The notes under the pieces are model-generated. The model searched no databases and was not told the DNA's origin. It saw nothing but the letters and a program-made list of their open reading frames with translations. A program made the translations under genes and the position numbers. Below, piece after piece: positions 30,008 through 39,078 of a stretch of DNA of 64,000 nucleotides (positions are counted from its first letter, which is position 1; each line of letters begins with the position of its first letter). The stretch is from Candidatus Aminicenantes bacterium (GTDB lineage Bacteria > Acidobacteriota > Aminicenantia > UBA2199): contig JADFDP010000002.1 of the NCBI GenBank assembly GCA_018262835.1, positions 34,873 to 98,872 of the forward strand, read 5' to 3'.

Positions 30008-32203
30008 TCAACCCGCAGGCGCCTGAACGATCGCAAATGACCCGCCGCCCACTTTTTTCCCGGCCACGAACAATTCCACGCGATAGGAACCGGGAGTCCA
30101 CGTGCCGGGTTCATGCCAGCCGAAACCCATGGACAGCCACGAACTGGTCCAGGGGGACTGGATGAAGTAGTGCTGCACCTGGCGGTTGATGACGGTGCCG
30201 TCCGGCCTGAAGCAGACGGCCTCCACGGAAAAATCGATCCGCCTTCCCGGGTCGGGATACGCCAGGTTGATCTCCCACCAGACAAACCGGGCGGAAGCCC
30301 TGGAGAAGCGGCTGCCATAGGTCCTTTGCTGGATTGGGACATCGTCGACTCCCCCTTCGTAAAATTTCACTCCGGTCACTTTTGCCTGCAGCGAGGGGAT
30401 ATCGTAATTGTTCTCGCCCGTCAGCCCGTCCATGATCGCCTGGGCCTGATCGAGATCGATCGGGGGCTGTGGATCGTTGATCCTGAATCGCTGCTGGTCC
30501 GTGGTCCCAGCGGGGATGCTCCTCCTGAGGTTGTCCAGCATTTGGGCGACCAGGCTGTCGATCAGCGGCAGGTCATCCTCGTAGTCGTCCTTGACCAGCA
30601 GGAACCGGCTGCGGGTGAGGCGGATCGTGCGGGACAGATTGTTCTGTCCGTCCGCCAGCCTCCCGAGCTCCATGGCGGCGTCGGCGGCGCGGATGTCCTT
30701 TTCCAGGAAATGCGCGGCATTGAGCGTGCCCGCGGCCGAGTCGAGGCGCCGGCGCACGTCGCGCAGCCTGGCGTCGCAGGCCAGGCGGTTCAGGTCGTCG
30801 CGGGCCTTTTCCATGGTTTCAAGCGAGCGGTCGACCCGGGCCGGCAGATTGCCTTTCTGGCGCAGGGCTTCGCGCAGCCGCGGCAGCAGGTCGCGCTCGA
30901 TCCAGCGGATGATGGGGCCGGCAATGATTTCGATGACGATCTCGTTGCTGGTGACCTTCACCAGCAGCTTGGCGACCTGGCGGCGGATCTCCCGGCGCAT
31001 CTGCAGCTGCAGGGCGCGCTGCGCCGACCGGGCGTCGTGAAAGCCGAAGCCGAACAGCTTCTCGGTTTCCCGGTCCAGGAATTCGTTGATCTTGCGCTGG
31101 GCGTGGAAGGCCGTCTTGTCCAGGGCCTCGTTCCAGCTGTTGCTGGTCAGGATGTCCCGCAGCCCCTCCGATTCCAGCCTGGCGGCGAACTGCTCCCTGG
31201 CCAGGCTCAGGACCACGCGGGCCGCGTCCGCCCGGGAGTTTTTCGCCGTGTCCGGGTTCAGCGGCGTGAAGGGCGCCTTGGCCAGGGTCTGATATTTGAC
31301 CACCACCTGGTTGAGCAGGATCGGGGTCTCCACCAGGAGATCCAGTTCCTCGAAAAGCCCGCGCCGGGTCTCGGCCCTTTGGAACTCCTTCAGGGTCTGA
31401 TGATACGCCTCGCCCGCCTGCAGGGCCTTCCTGCCGATGGCAATGACCTTTTGCGGATCCGCATTCGGAGTGCCGAGCAGCGCCGCCAGCTCGCTGTCAA
31501 GGCTGGAGATATTCCGTTGATGCGCCTTAAGGGCTTCGAGATAGCGGGTCAACGCTCCGCTCTTTCCGCAGTCTCCTCCTTCAGCGACCGGGGCTCGGCC
31601 GCCGAGCCTGGCCATAACCGTCGCCCCGATCGTCCGGATGATCTTTTCCGCCTGCGCGTCGCTGAAATCCCGGTGGTACAAATCGTTGTAATTCAGTATA
31701 TCCACGAGCAGCAGCCAGTTGCCCTGGACGGCATCGATGGACTGGTTCACCAGCTCATGGCGCGTGTGGGCTCTGTCAAGGAAACGTCTGTCTCCCGTCT
31801 GGATGCTGGCGCTGCCGACGCCGACGTTGCGGGCGATGACGTTCTGGGGAGTTTTCATTTTGAACTGCGCGAGCCAGTTGAAATCGCTTTCGGCTTTGCT
31901 GGCGGAGTTGTAGCGCTTCAGCCGCACATTAATGAACGAGGTGTGCGTTTGTTGCGGCCTGAAAGCAATTGACGCTTCGGACATATTGAGAATGTCGTAT
32001 GTCTTGAATCCGATCTCGCCTGTTTGCTGGTAGCCGGGAGGCAGGTCATTGATGGTGACGACACGCTTTAGAACGTCGGCAACAGTCTCCGCAGCGGGCA
32101 TTTCCCTGAAATGCAGAAAGAAAACCAGGAACACCATGAGAAAAAGGACAAACCGTCTGGGCGCCGCGTCGAGCGGATGGCGAAACTCTCTCCAGTTGTT
32201 CAT
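30008..32203 (-). CDS. Large hypothetical secreted or membrane-anchored protein (731 aa), no recognisable domain
   Basis: An N-terminal hydrophobic anchor (RRFVLFLMVFLVFFLHF) is followed by a long, mostly helical region rich in charged residues, then a C-terminal roughly 130-aa W/Y-rich segment. The antisense 619-aa ORF has the G/V/D/L/Q composition of a GC-rich antisense artefact. Confidence 0.55.
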   Translation of the reverse strand: MNNWREFRHPLDAAPRRFVLFLMVFLVFFLHFREMPAAETVADVLKRVVTINDLPPGYQQTGEIGFKTYDILNMSEASIAFRPQQTHTSFINVRLKRYNSASKAESDFNWLAQFKMKTPQNVIARNVGVGSASIQTGDRRFLDRAHTRHELVNQSIDAVQGNWLLLVDILNYNDLYHRDFSDAQAEKIIRTIGATVMARLGGRAPVAEGGDCGKSGALTRYLEALKAHQRNISSLDSELAALLGTPNADPQKVIAIGRKALQAGEAYHQTLKEFQRAETRRGLFEELDLLVETPILLNQVVVKYQTLAKAPFTPLNPDTAKNSRADAARVVLSLAREQFAARLESEGLRDILTSNSWNEALDKTAFHAQRKINEFLDRETEKLFGFGFHDARSAQRALQLQMRREIRRQVAKLLVKVTSNEIVIEIIAGPIIRWIERDLLPRLREALRQKGNLPARVDRSLETMEKARDDLNRLACDARLRDVRRRLDSAAGTLNAAHFLEKDIRAADAAMELGRLADGQNNLSRTIRLTRSRFLLVKDDYEDDLPLIDSLVAQMLDNLRRSIPAGTTDQQRFRINDPQPPIDLDQAQAIMDGLTGENNYDIPSLQAKVTGVKFYEGGVDDVPIQQRTYGSRFSRASARFVWWEINLAYPDPGRRIDFSVEAVCFRPDGTVINRQVQHYFIQSPWTSSWLSMGFGWHEPGTWTPGSYRVELFVAGKKVGGGSFAIVQAPAG

Positions 32204-32363
32204 CGTCGTCCCCCCCTGTTTTGGGATTTGCCAAGCGGCGTTCTTCCCGCTCCGGGGGTCACGCCGAGGCAGCGAGAAAAAGTATAAAACATGGGCCGGA
32301 TAATTTCAAGAGCGGCGGTCAGGCCTGTTTGGCCTTACGGCGAATGCCGATAAACGGGTGATG

Positions 32364-33806
32364 TCAAGCCAGGTTCTTCAGGAATTCGACCAGCAGGCGG
32401 ACGCCGAAGCCTGTGGCGCCCTCGCTGTTCAGGCAGAAATTCGGCTTGGCCAGGAACGCCGTGCCGGCGATGTCCAGGTGGGCGAAGGGGACAGTGCCGG
32501 TAAATTCATGCAGGAAAAGGCCGGCTTTGATCGCGGAGGCGCCGCTATATTTTGCGTTTTTCAGGTCGGCGATCTTGGATGTGATGCTCTCTTTGTATTC
32601 AGCGGGCAGCGGCAGCGGCCAGAGAAGCTCGCCGCTGGATTCGGCCGCCTGGAGCAAAGCGGAACTCAGCTTCTTGTTGCGGCTGAACATCCCGGCATAG
32701 GAGTCACCCAGGGCGCTGACGATGGCCCCGGTCAGGGTGGAGATCTCGATGATCATATCGGGCTTGCACCTTGCGGCGAGGATCAGGGCGTCGGCCAGGA
32801 CCAGGCGGCCTTCGGCGTCCGTATCGACGATCTCCACCGTTTTCTTGTTGGCAAAGGTGATGATATCTCCCGGTTTGTAGGCCCGGCGGCCGGGCAGGTT
32901 TTCGGCCAATGCGGCGAAGCCGATCACCTTAAATGGCAGGTCCAGTTCGGCCGCGGTTATCAGGACGCCCAGAACCGCGGCAGCCCCCGCCATGTCGCTT
33001 TTCATCTCCTCCATGCCGATTCCCGACTTCAGGTTCAAGCCGCCGGCATCAAAAGTGATCCCCTTGCCGACCAGGGCGATGGTCCGGGAAAATTTTTTCG
33101 GGACATGGGACAGGGTGAGCAGGGCCGGAGAGCAGCATGAGGAGGCGCCCACGGCCAGCAGGCCGTTCAGGCCGAGTTCTTCCAGTTCTTTTTTGCGGCA
33201 AATGGTCAATTGCAGATGATATTTTTTGGCGCTGGCGCTGAAAAGCTGCACCAGCGAATCCGGCGTAATTTTTGCCGGGGTCTCATTGACCAGGTCTCGG
33301 GCCAGGGTCACCTGGTGCTCAATGATCTCCCGGGTTCTAAGGTCATTGACGCTCAAGGCGGCCGGCTTTTTGAACGCCAGCTGGATCCTGCTGACGGCCT
33401 TGCTTTTTTTCCTTTTGTAACGGTCGAAACGGTAATGGTTCAGGTGCAGGTAATCGATCAGGTTGACCAGGTAGTCATGGGGGTACGGACCCGGCTGGAT
33501 GAAATAAAACAGGGCTTTGCTGACGCGGCTTTCCCGTAAAAGGGCCATGGTTTTGCAGGCCAATTTCCGGGCGTCGGACAGCGAGCCGATGCGGCCGGCT
33601 CCGACCAGCATCAGCAGCCGCTGTTGTTGCAGCGAGTGGCAAACCTCCGCTTCGCCGGTCTTGCCCTTGATTCTTTTGCCGCGGCTGAGGAATTCCAGCT
33701 CGGGGAATTCCTGCCAGATCGCCGGCAGCGGCGTCCCTTGAAAAACGGGGATGATCACGGCGTCATGGCCTTCCGGTTTGAAGCTGTTTTTAATTATGAT
33801 CTTCAT
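32364..33806 (-). CDS. pepA: Leucyl aminopeptidase (M17 family)
   Basis: The M17 catalytic core NTDAEGRLVLADAL and the metal-binding region ...VGKGITFDAGGLNLK... are present. The start is chosen at MKIIIKN; an alternative start lies 39 nt upstream. Confidence 0.85.
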   Translation of the reverse strand: MKIIIKNSFKPEGHDAVIIPVFQGTPLPAIWQEFPELEFLSRGKRIKGKTGEAEVCHSLQQQRLLMLVGAGRIGSLSDARKLACKTMALLRESRVSKALFYFIQPGPYPHDYLVNLIDYLHLNHYRFDRYKRKKSKAVSRIQLAFKKPAALSVNDLRTREIIEHQVTLARDLVNETPAKITPDSLVQLFSASAKKYHLQLTICRKKELEELGLNGLLAVGASSCCSPALLTLSHVPKKFSRTIALVGKGITFDAGGLNLKSGIGMEEMKSDMAGAAAVLGVLITAAELDLPFKVIGFAALAENLPGRRAYKPGDIITFANKKTVEIVDTDAEGRLVLADALILAARCKPDMIIEISTLTGAIVSALGDSYAGMFSRNKKLSSALLQAAESSGELLWPLPLPAEYKESITSKIADLKNAKYSGASAIKAGLFLHEFTGTVPFAHLDIAGTAFLAKPNFCLNSEGATGFGVRLLVEFLKNLA

Positions 33807-34761
33807 TTTTTTTCTTTTTGCCGCCGGCGTTGACAAAGTGATCAAACCCGAGACGGGAAATTTTCAGCTGGCGTCCCTTTTCAAGGACCCGCAGGCCGCG
33901 CCCCCTGGTGATTTTCCCGATCAGGTGATAGCCCATTCCGGTTTGGCGCAGCCGGCTTTCCTGGCGCGGGGAAACGGCGAACAGCAGCTGGTAGTCTTCC
34001 CCGCCGGCCAGGACCAGTTCTTTTTCCGGGTAATTTTTCTGCCGGCACAGCCGCCGCAAGCGCGGGGAAACCGGAAGCTTTTTATAATCGATCTCGGCAC
34101 CCACGCCCGAAGCGTGGAGCAGCCGGGAAAGATCGAGCAGCAGGCCGTCGGATACGTCGATCATGGCATGGGCGTATTGGGCAAGCCTCAGGCCCTTCTC
34201 GCACTGGGGCACCGGGCGTTTATGGCAGCGGATGAAAGGGGAATCCTTTTCGCCGGCCAGGAGCTGCTTCAGCCCCAGGGCCGATTCTCCGGTCGGTCCG
34301 GTTATGGCGATCCAGTCGCCGGGCCTGGCGCCGCTGCGCAAAACCGGTTTTTTGCCCTGGCCGACGATGGTGATGGCGATGACCATTTTTTTCGAGCGTG
34401 AATAATCGCCGCCGGCCAGTTCCACGTGCCATTTTTTTGCGGCCCGGCCCAAGCCGGAAAAAAAAGCGCGCAAGTCGGCGGGACACAGGCGATCGGGAAA
34501 GCCCAGGTCAAGGTAAAAATATTGCGCCTGCCCGCCCATGGCCGCGATGTCGGAAACGTTCACCGCCAGGGATTTTTCAGCCAGTCCTGCCGGAGAGAAA
34601 TCCTCCAGTCGGAAATGGATGTCTTCGATCAGGATGTCGGTACTGACCAGCTGGAAATATCTGCCGACCCTGACCGCCGACGCGTCGTCCCCGATGCCCA
34701 GACCGCGGCGGAAAGGGAATTTGTCTTTCAAGTAGGCGACGAATTGTCTTTCATCCATCAA
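33790..34761 (-). CDS. thiL: Thiamine-monophosphate kinase
   Basis: N-terminal GIGDDASAV, an AIR-synthase-related fold and the DVSDGL motif. There is a 4-nt overlap with the upstream lon paralogue. Confidence 0.85.
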   Translation of the reverse strand: MMDERQFVAYLKDKFPFRRGLGIGDDASAVRVGRYFQLVSTDILIEDIHFRLEDFSPAGLAEKSLAVNVSDIAAMGGQAQYFYLDLGFPDRLCPADLRAFFSGLGRAAKKWHVELAGGDYSRSKKMVIAITIVGQGKKPVLRSGARPGDWIAITGPTGESALGLKQLLAGEKDSPFIRCHKRPVPQCEKGLRLAQYAHAMIDVSDGLLLDLSRLLHASGVGAEIDYKKLPVSPRLRRLCRQKNYPEKELVLAGGEDYQLLFAVSPRQESRLRQTGMGYHLIGKITRGRGLRVLEKGRQLKISRLGFDHFVNAGGKKKKNEDHN

Positions 34762-37142
34762 AATATTTTATTGACCAGGGCGGAATTCACCGCGTCCTTG
34801 AAGTCTTGAACGAATATGAAATTCATGGATTGAATATGGCTGTCCTTGAGTTCGCTCAGGTCTTTTTTGTTTTTTTCCGGCAGGATGATGGTCTTGATCC
34901 CGGCCCGGCGCGCGGCCAGCACTTTTTCCTTGATGCCGCCCACCGGCAATACTTTCCCGCGCAGGGTGATCTCTCCGGTCATGGCGATCTCCCGGTTCAC
35001 GGCGATGCCGGTGAACGCCGAGATCAGCGCCGTGGCCAGGGTGATCCCTGCCGACGGTCCGTCTTTGGGGATGCCGCCTTCCGGGATGTGAATATGGATG
35101 TCATTTTTTTCGAATTTTTCGATGGCCAGCTGCAGTTGAGCCGATGAGGCTTTGATCAGGCTCAGGGCCGCGCTGGCCGACTCCTTCATGACATCGCCCA
35201 AAGACCCGGTCAGGATCAGCGTGCCCTTGCCCGGGATCAGCTTGACCTCGATGAAGAGGATGTCCCCGCCGTAGGGCGTCCAGGCCATGCCGGTGGCCAC
35301 GCCCACCGAGTTTTCCTCCAGCAGCTGGTCGCGGAACAGCTTGGGGATGCCGGCGTATTTTTCCAGATTGCGGATGGTGATCTTGTACAATTTCCTTTCA
35401 CCCAGCGCCACTTTATGGGCCACTTTGCGGCAGATGCCGCCGATCTCCCTTTCCAGATTGCGCACGCCCGCTTCCCGCGTGTACAGGGCAATGATGTTTT
35501 TCAGCGCTCCGGGAGTGAATTCGATCAAATGCGAGTTCAGACCGTTGGTTTCAATCTGGCGCGGGATCAGGTGCCGGCGGGCGATCTCGATCTTTTCCTC
35601 CTCGGTGTAGCCGTGGATCTCGATGACTTCCATGCGGTCGCGGAAAGCCGGCTGGATGGGCTCCAGCAGGTTGGCCGTGGTGATGAACAGGACCTTGGAA
35701 AGGTCGAACGGCACTCCCAGGTAGTGGTCGGTAAAGGAGTTGTTCTGCTCGGGGTCCAGGACCTCCAAGAGGGCCGAAGAAGGGTCACCGCGAAAATCCA
35801 TGCCGATCTTGTCCACTTCGTCCATCATGAACACCGGGTTGTTGCTGGCGGCGTTTTTCAATTCCTGGATGATTTTGCCGGGCAGGGCGCCGACGTAAGT
35901 GCGGCGGTGGCCGCGAATCTCGGCTTCGTCGCGCACTCCGCCCAGGGAGATGCGTACGAACTTCTTGTTCAGGGCGCGGGCGATGGACTTGCCCAGGGAA
36001 GTTTTGCCGACCCCGGGCGGTCCGACGAAGCACAGGATCGGTCCGTGGGCCTTGGCCGTCAGCTTGCGGACGCTCAGATATTCCAGTATCCTTTCCTTTA
36101 CTTTTTCCAGTCCGAAGTGGTCCTGGTTCAAAATGCTCTTGGCCCGTTTCAGGTTCATGTTGTCCTTGCTGGCGGTTCCCCAGGGCAGTTCGAACATCCA
36201 GTCCAGATAGGTCCGGATCACGGTGCTTTCGGCTGATTCCGGGTGCATTTTTTTAAGGCGCTCGATGTTTTTCTCGGTTTCTTTTCGGGCAGCTTCAGGC
36301 ATTTTTACTTCTTCCAGCTTTTTCAGGTAATCGTTGATCTCGTCGATGTTCTCGGCATCTTCACCCAGTTCTTTTTTGATGGCTTTCAATTGCTGGCGCA
36401 GGAAATACTCCTTCTGGTTCTTATCCATCTCGCCCTGGGCCTTGAGGTTGATCTGGTTCTGCACGTTCAGCATTTCTATCTCATAATTCAGATATTCGTG
36501 GACCTTGCCCAGTCTTTTGAGCGAATTCATCTCTTCCAGAATCTTCTGGGATTCCTCGATCTTCAGTTCCAGGTTGGAGGCGATGATATCGGCCAGTTTC
36601 CCAGGCTCTTCTATGTTTTCGGCGATGATCAGGATCTCATTGGAGATCTGTTTTCCCAGCTTGCTGACCTGTTCGAATTTCTGGCGCACGTTCTTGATCA
36701 TGGCTTTGTTTTCCAGCGTCAGCTCGGCCGGCTCTTCGTCTTCCACCTGGATGACCTCGGCCTGCAGGATCTTGCCGTCGTCGATCAACGTCCGCACCTT
36801 GACCCGGGAAATGCCCTGGATGAGCACGCGCATGCGGCCGTCGGGGAGCTTGAGCATGCGCACGATCAGGGCCACGGTCCCGAATTGATACAATTGCTCT
36901 TTACTGGGGTCTTCCACGTTCATGTCTTTTTGGGTCAGCAGAAGGATCAAGCGGTCGCTGTTCAGGGCCGCATCGACGGCTTTCTTGGATTTGGCCCGGC
37001 CGACGTACAAAGGCACGATCATGTAGGGGAAAACCACGATATCGCGCAAAACCAGGACCGGCAGGCTGTCGGGGATCTTGATTTTATCCAGCTTTTCCTC
37101 TTTTTCCTGCCGGGCGGGGATGTTCTTCTGTTCTTCAGCCAT
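34758..37142 (-). CDS. ATP-dependent Lon protease, second paralogue
   Basis: 794 aa. LON N-domain, Walker [10 protein letters not shown], and protease Ser motif PKDGPSAGI. It is about 55% identical to the first Lon over the AAA/protease region. Confidence 0.9.
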   Translation of the reverse strand: MAEEQKNIPARQEKEEKLDKIKIPDSLPVLVLRDIVVFPYMIVPLYVGRAKSKKAVDAALNSDRLILLLTQKDMNVEDPSKEQLYQFGTVALIVRMLKLPDGRMRVLIQGISRVKVRTLIDDGKILQAEVIQVEDEEPAELTLENKAMIKNVRQKFEQVSKLGKQISNEILIIAENIEEPGKLADIIASNLELKIEESQKILEEMNSLKRLGKVHEYLNYEIEMLNVQNQINLKAQGEMDKNQKEYFLRQQLKAIKKELGEDAENIDEINDYLKKLEEVKMPEAARKETEKNIERLKKMHPESAESTVIRTYLDWMFELPWGTASKDNMNLKRAKSILNQDHFGLEKVKERILEYLSVRKLTAKAHGPILCFVGPPGVGKTSLGKSIARALNKKFVRISLGGVRDEAEIRGHRRTYVGALPGKIIQELKNAASNNPVFMMDEVDKIGMDFRGDPSSALLEVLDPEQNNSFTDHYLGVPFDLSKVLFITTANLLEPIQPAFRDRMEVIEIHGYTEEEKIEIARRHLIPRQIETNGLNSHLIEFTPGALKNIIALYTREAGVRNLEREIGGICRKVAHKVALGERKLYKITIRNLEKYAGIPKLFRDQLLEENSVGVATGMAWTPYGGDILFIEVKLIPGKGTLILTGSLGDVMKESASAALSLIKASSAQLQLAIEKFEKNDIHIHIPEGGIPKDGPSAGITLATALISAFTGIAVNREIAMTGEITLRGKVLPVGGIKEKVLAARRAGIKTIILPEKNKKDLSELKDSHIQSMNFIFVQDFKDAVNSALVNKIF

Positions 37143-37153
37143 GCGCTGCCTCG

Positions 37154-37555
37154 TTACTTGATTTCCACTGAAATCTTGGACATGAGTTTCTTTTTGACTT
37201 CGATGGTCAGGACCCCGTTTTCCATGAGTGACTTGATCTTGCCCGTGTCCAGCGGGAAATCGATGACGATCTTCTTGTAAAAAGTTCCGAACTCCCTTTC
37301 GAACAGGTAGTAGGTCACGGGATCATTTTCCAGCCGCGGCTGCTTTTTCACCCCTTTGACGATCAGTTCCTGGTTATTGAGCAGGGTGATGGTTACATCG
37401 CTTTTGTCGACTCCGGGGAGTTCCATTTCGATGCACAAGGAATCGCGGGTTTCCACGATATTGGTGTTGGGTTTCCAGTCGATATGCGTACTGATGCCCG
37501 AAGGATAGTTCTTGCTGATCTCTATCTCAAAAAAAGGATAATGTTTTTTTGCCAT
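37154..37555 (-). CDS. Hsp20/alpha-crystallin family small heat-shock protein
   Basis: 133 aa. The alpha-crystallin domain pattern ...DWKPNTNIVETRDSLCIEMELPGVDKSDVTIT...GVLTIEV is present. Confidence 0.8.
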   Translation of the reverse strand: MAKKHYPFFEIEISKNYPSGISTHIDWKPNTNIVETRDSLCIEMELPGVDKSDVTITLLNNQELIVKGVKKQPRLENDPVTYYLFEREFGTFYKKIVIDFPLDTGKIKSLMENGVLTIEVKKKLMSKISVEIK

Positions 37556-38011
37556 TCATTCCTCCTTTTTCAAAAGGCTGTGCAATTCTGTCAGGAACTC
37601 CTCCAGGCTTTTGAATTCCAAATAAACCGAGGCGAAGCGCACGTAGGCCACCTTGTCCAGTTTTTTTAATTTTTCCATGATCATGCCCCCGATCTTGGAG
37701 GTAAGAACCTCGCGGTCGGAGCGTGAAAAAAATTCTTCGACCTGCCGGGCCAGCTGTTCGATCTGCTTGGTCTGCACCGGCCGCTTTTCCAGGGCCCGAT
37801 ACAGACCCTTGCGGATCTTGTCCATGTCGAACGGCTCGCGCCGCCCGTCTTTCTTGACCACCATCAGCGGGATATCCTCAATCTTTTCGTAGGTGGTGAA
37901 TCTCTTTCCGCAATGCAGGCACTCGCGGCGGCGCCTGATGTACAGTCCGTCCTTGCTTTCGCGGGTTTCGATCACCTTGTCGGCGATCTCAGCGCACTGT
38001 GGACAATTCAT
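37556..38011 (-). CDS. nrdR: Transcriptional repressor NrdR
   Basis: An N-terminal zinc ribbon MNCPQCAE...CLHCGKRFTT is followed by an ATP-cone domain. 151 aa. Confidence 0.9.
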   Translation of the reverse strand: MNCPQCAEIADKVIETRESKDGLYIRRRRECLHCGKRFTTYEKIEDIPLMVVKKDGRREPFDMDKIRKGLYRALEKRPVQTKQIEQLARQVEEFFSRSDREVLTSKIGGMIMEKLKKLDKVAYVRFASVYLEFKSLEEFLTELHSLLKKEE

Positions 38012-39014
38012 CTTTTTTCCTCATGCGGCCAATGATTTTGAAATTCAGGCCCTCACGCCAGAAAGCGATCAAGCCGAGGACGATCGGCGGCGCCAGCAGC
38101 AGGAAATGGAACAGGATCGTGAAGGCCACCGCCGTTTTTTCCTGGATGGCGAAAAGACCGACCAGGGCATATTTTGCCGCCAGGTCCAGGCTGCCGGCCA
38201 TGCCCGGGGTGGGAACGGCCGCGGATACGAAGATCACGGCCAAAAAAGGGATCAGGGAAGGCAGATCCAGGCTGATGCCGGAGAATCCCCGCATCAGCAG
38301 CCAATAGGAAAAGAGGATGATGCCCCAGTGCAGCAGGGAGAAAAAAAACACTTGCGCTATGCCCGTCCAGCCCAGGTTCAAGTGCAGGGCTTTGACAAAA
38401 TGCACGAGCGCAGCGCTGGCGCTGGCGCGGAAGCGGGCGGGCAATACTCGCGACAGCCATTGGATGAGCCGCTCGGTCCTGGGGAGGAATTTTTCGGAAT
38501 TGGCCAGAGTGATCAGGGCGAAGATCAGAAAAACGAGCGGTAAAAGAAGGAAGGCCAGCACTTTCAGCCTGAGCAGGATAGGCGAGGCTTTTCCCAGTCC
38601 GGATATCAGGTAAAGTGTCAGCAGGAGCAGGACAGTGAGCAAATCGAACAGCCGTTCATTGATGATGGTGGCGATGGCCTGACTTTTCTTGATTTTTTCC
38701 TTTTCGGCCAGCAGCACCGGCCGGGCGATCTCTCCCAGCCTTCCGGGCAGCAGATAGGAGATCATGAAGCCGATCAGGGTGAAATTCATCAAGCTGCTGA
38801 AGGGGATCTGCCTTTTGAAGGGACGCAGAAGCAAACCCCAGCGGTAAGACCGAACGCAATATTGCGGCAGGGACAAGAGCATGAACAGCAACGGGAAGCG
38901 GAGGGGGATGGACAGCCAAATGGTTTTTATTTCGTTAAAATTTATACGATTTATGAACAGCCAGATGAAAAACACCGACAGGGCGCTGATCAGTAACAGT
39001 TTCCAGAGTTTCAT
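37989..39014 (-). CDS. Flippase-like / lysylphosphatidylglycerol-synthase TM-region family membrane protein (UPF0104)
   Basis: 341 aa and polytopic. The N-terminus ...LWKLLLISALSVFFIWLFINRINFNEI... and the conserved LPGRLGEIAR motif are typical of this family. Confidence 0.55.
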   Translation of the reverse strand: MKLWKLLLISALSVFFIWLFINRINFNEIKTIWLSIPLRFPLLFMLLSLPQYCVRSYRWGLLLRPFKRQIPFSSLMNFTLIGFMISYLLPGRLGEIARPVLLAEKEKIKKSQAIATIINERLFDLLTVLLLLTLYLISGLGKASPILLRLKVLAFLLLPLVFLIFALITLANSEKFLPRTERLIQWLSRVLPARFRASASAALVHFVKALHLNLGWTGIAQVFFFSLLHWGIILFSYWLLMRGFSGISLDLPSLIPFLAVIFVSAAVPTPGMAGSLDLAAKYALVGLFAIQEKTAVAFTILFHFLLLAPPIVLGLIAFWREGLNFKIIGRMRKKDELSTVR

Positions 39015-39078
39015 CTGCCCGTCATATTAATATCTTACGCCGCCAATGTCAATCGTGCCTGAAAGGGGCCAAGCAGGA

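Noticed and set aside
30113-31972. 619-aa plus-strand ORF
   Set aside because: It lies antisense to the 731-aa minus-strand gene. Its composition (runs of G/V/D/L/Q/R/A, many Q/H) is typical of antisense frames in GC-rich coding DNA. The minus frame has a hydrophobic N-terminal anchor and a balanced composition.
35415-37280. 273-aa and 345-aa plus-strand ORFs inside the second lon
   Set aside because: They are antisense to Lon AAA+ and N-domain coding sequence.
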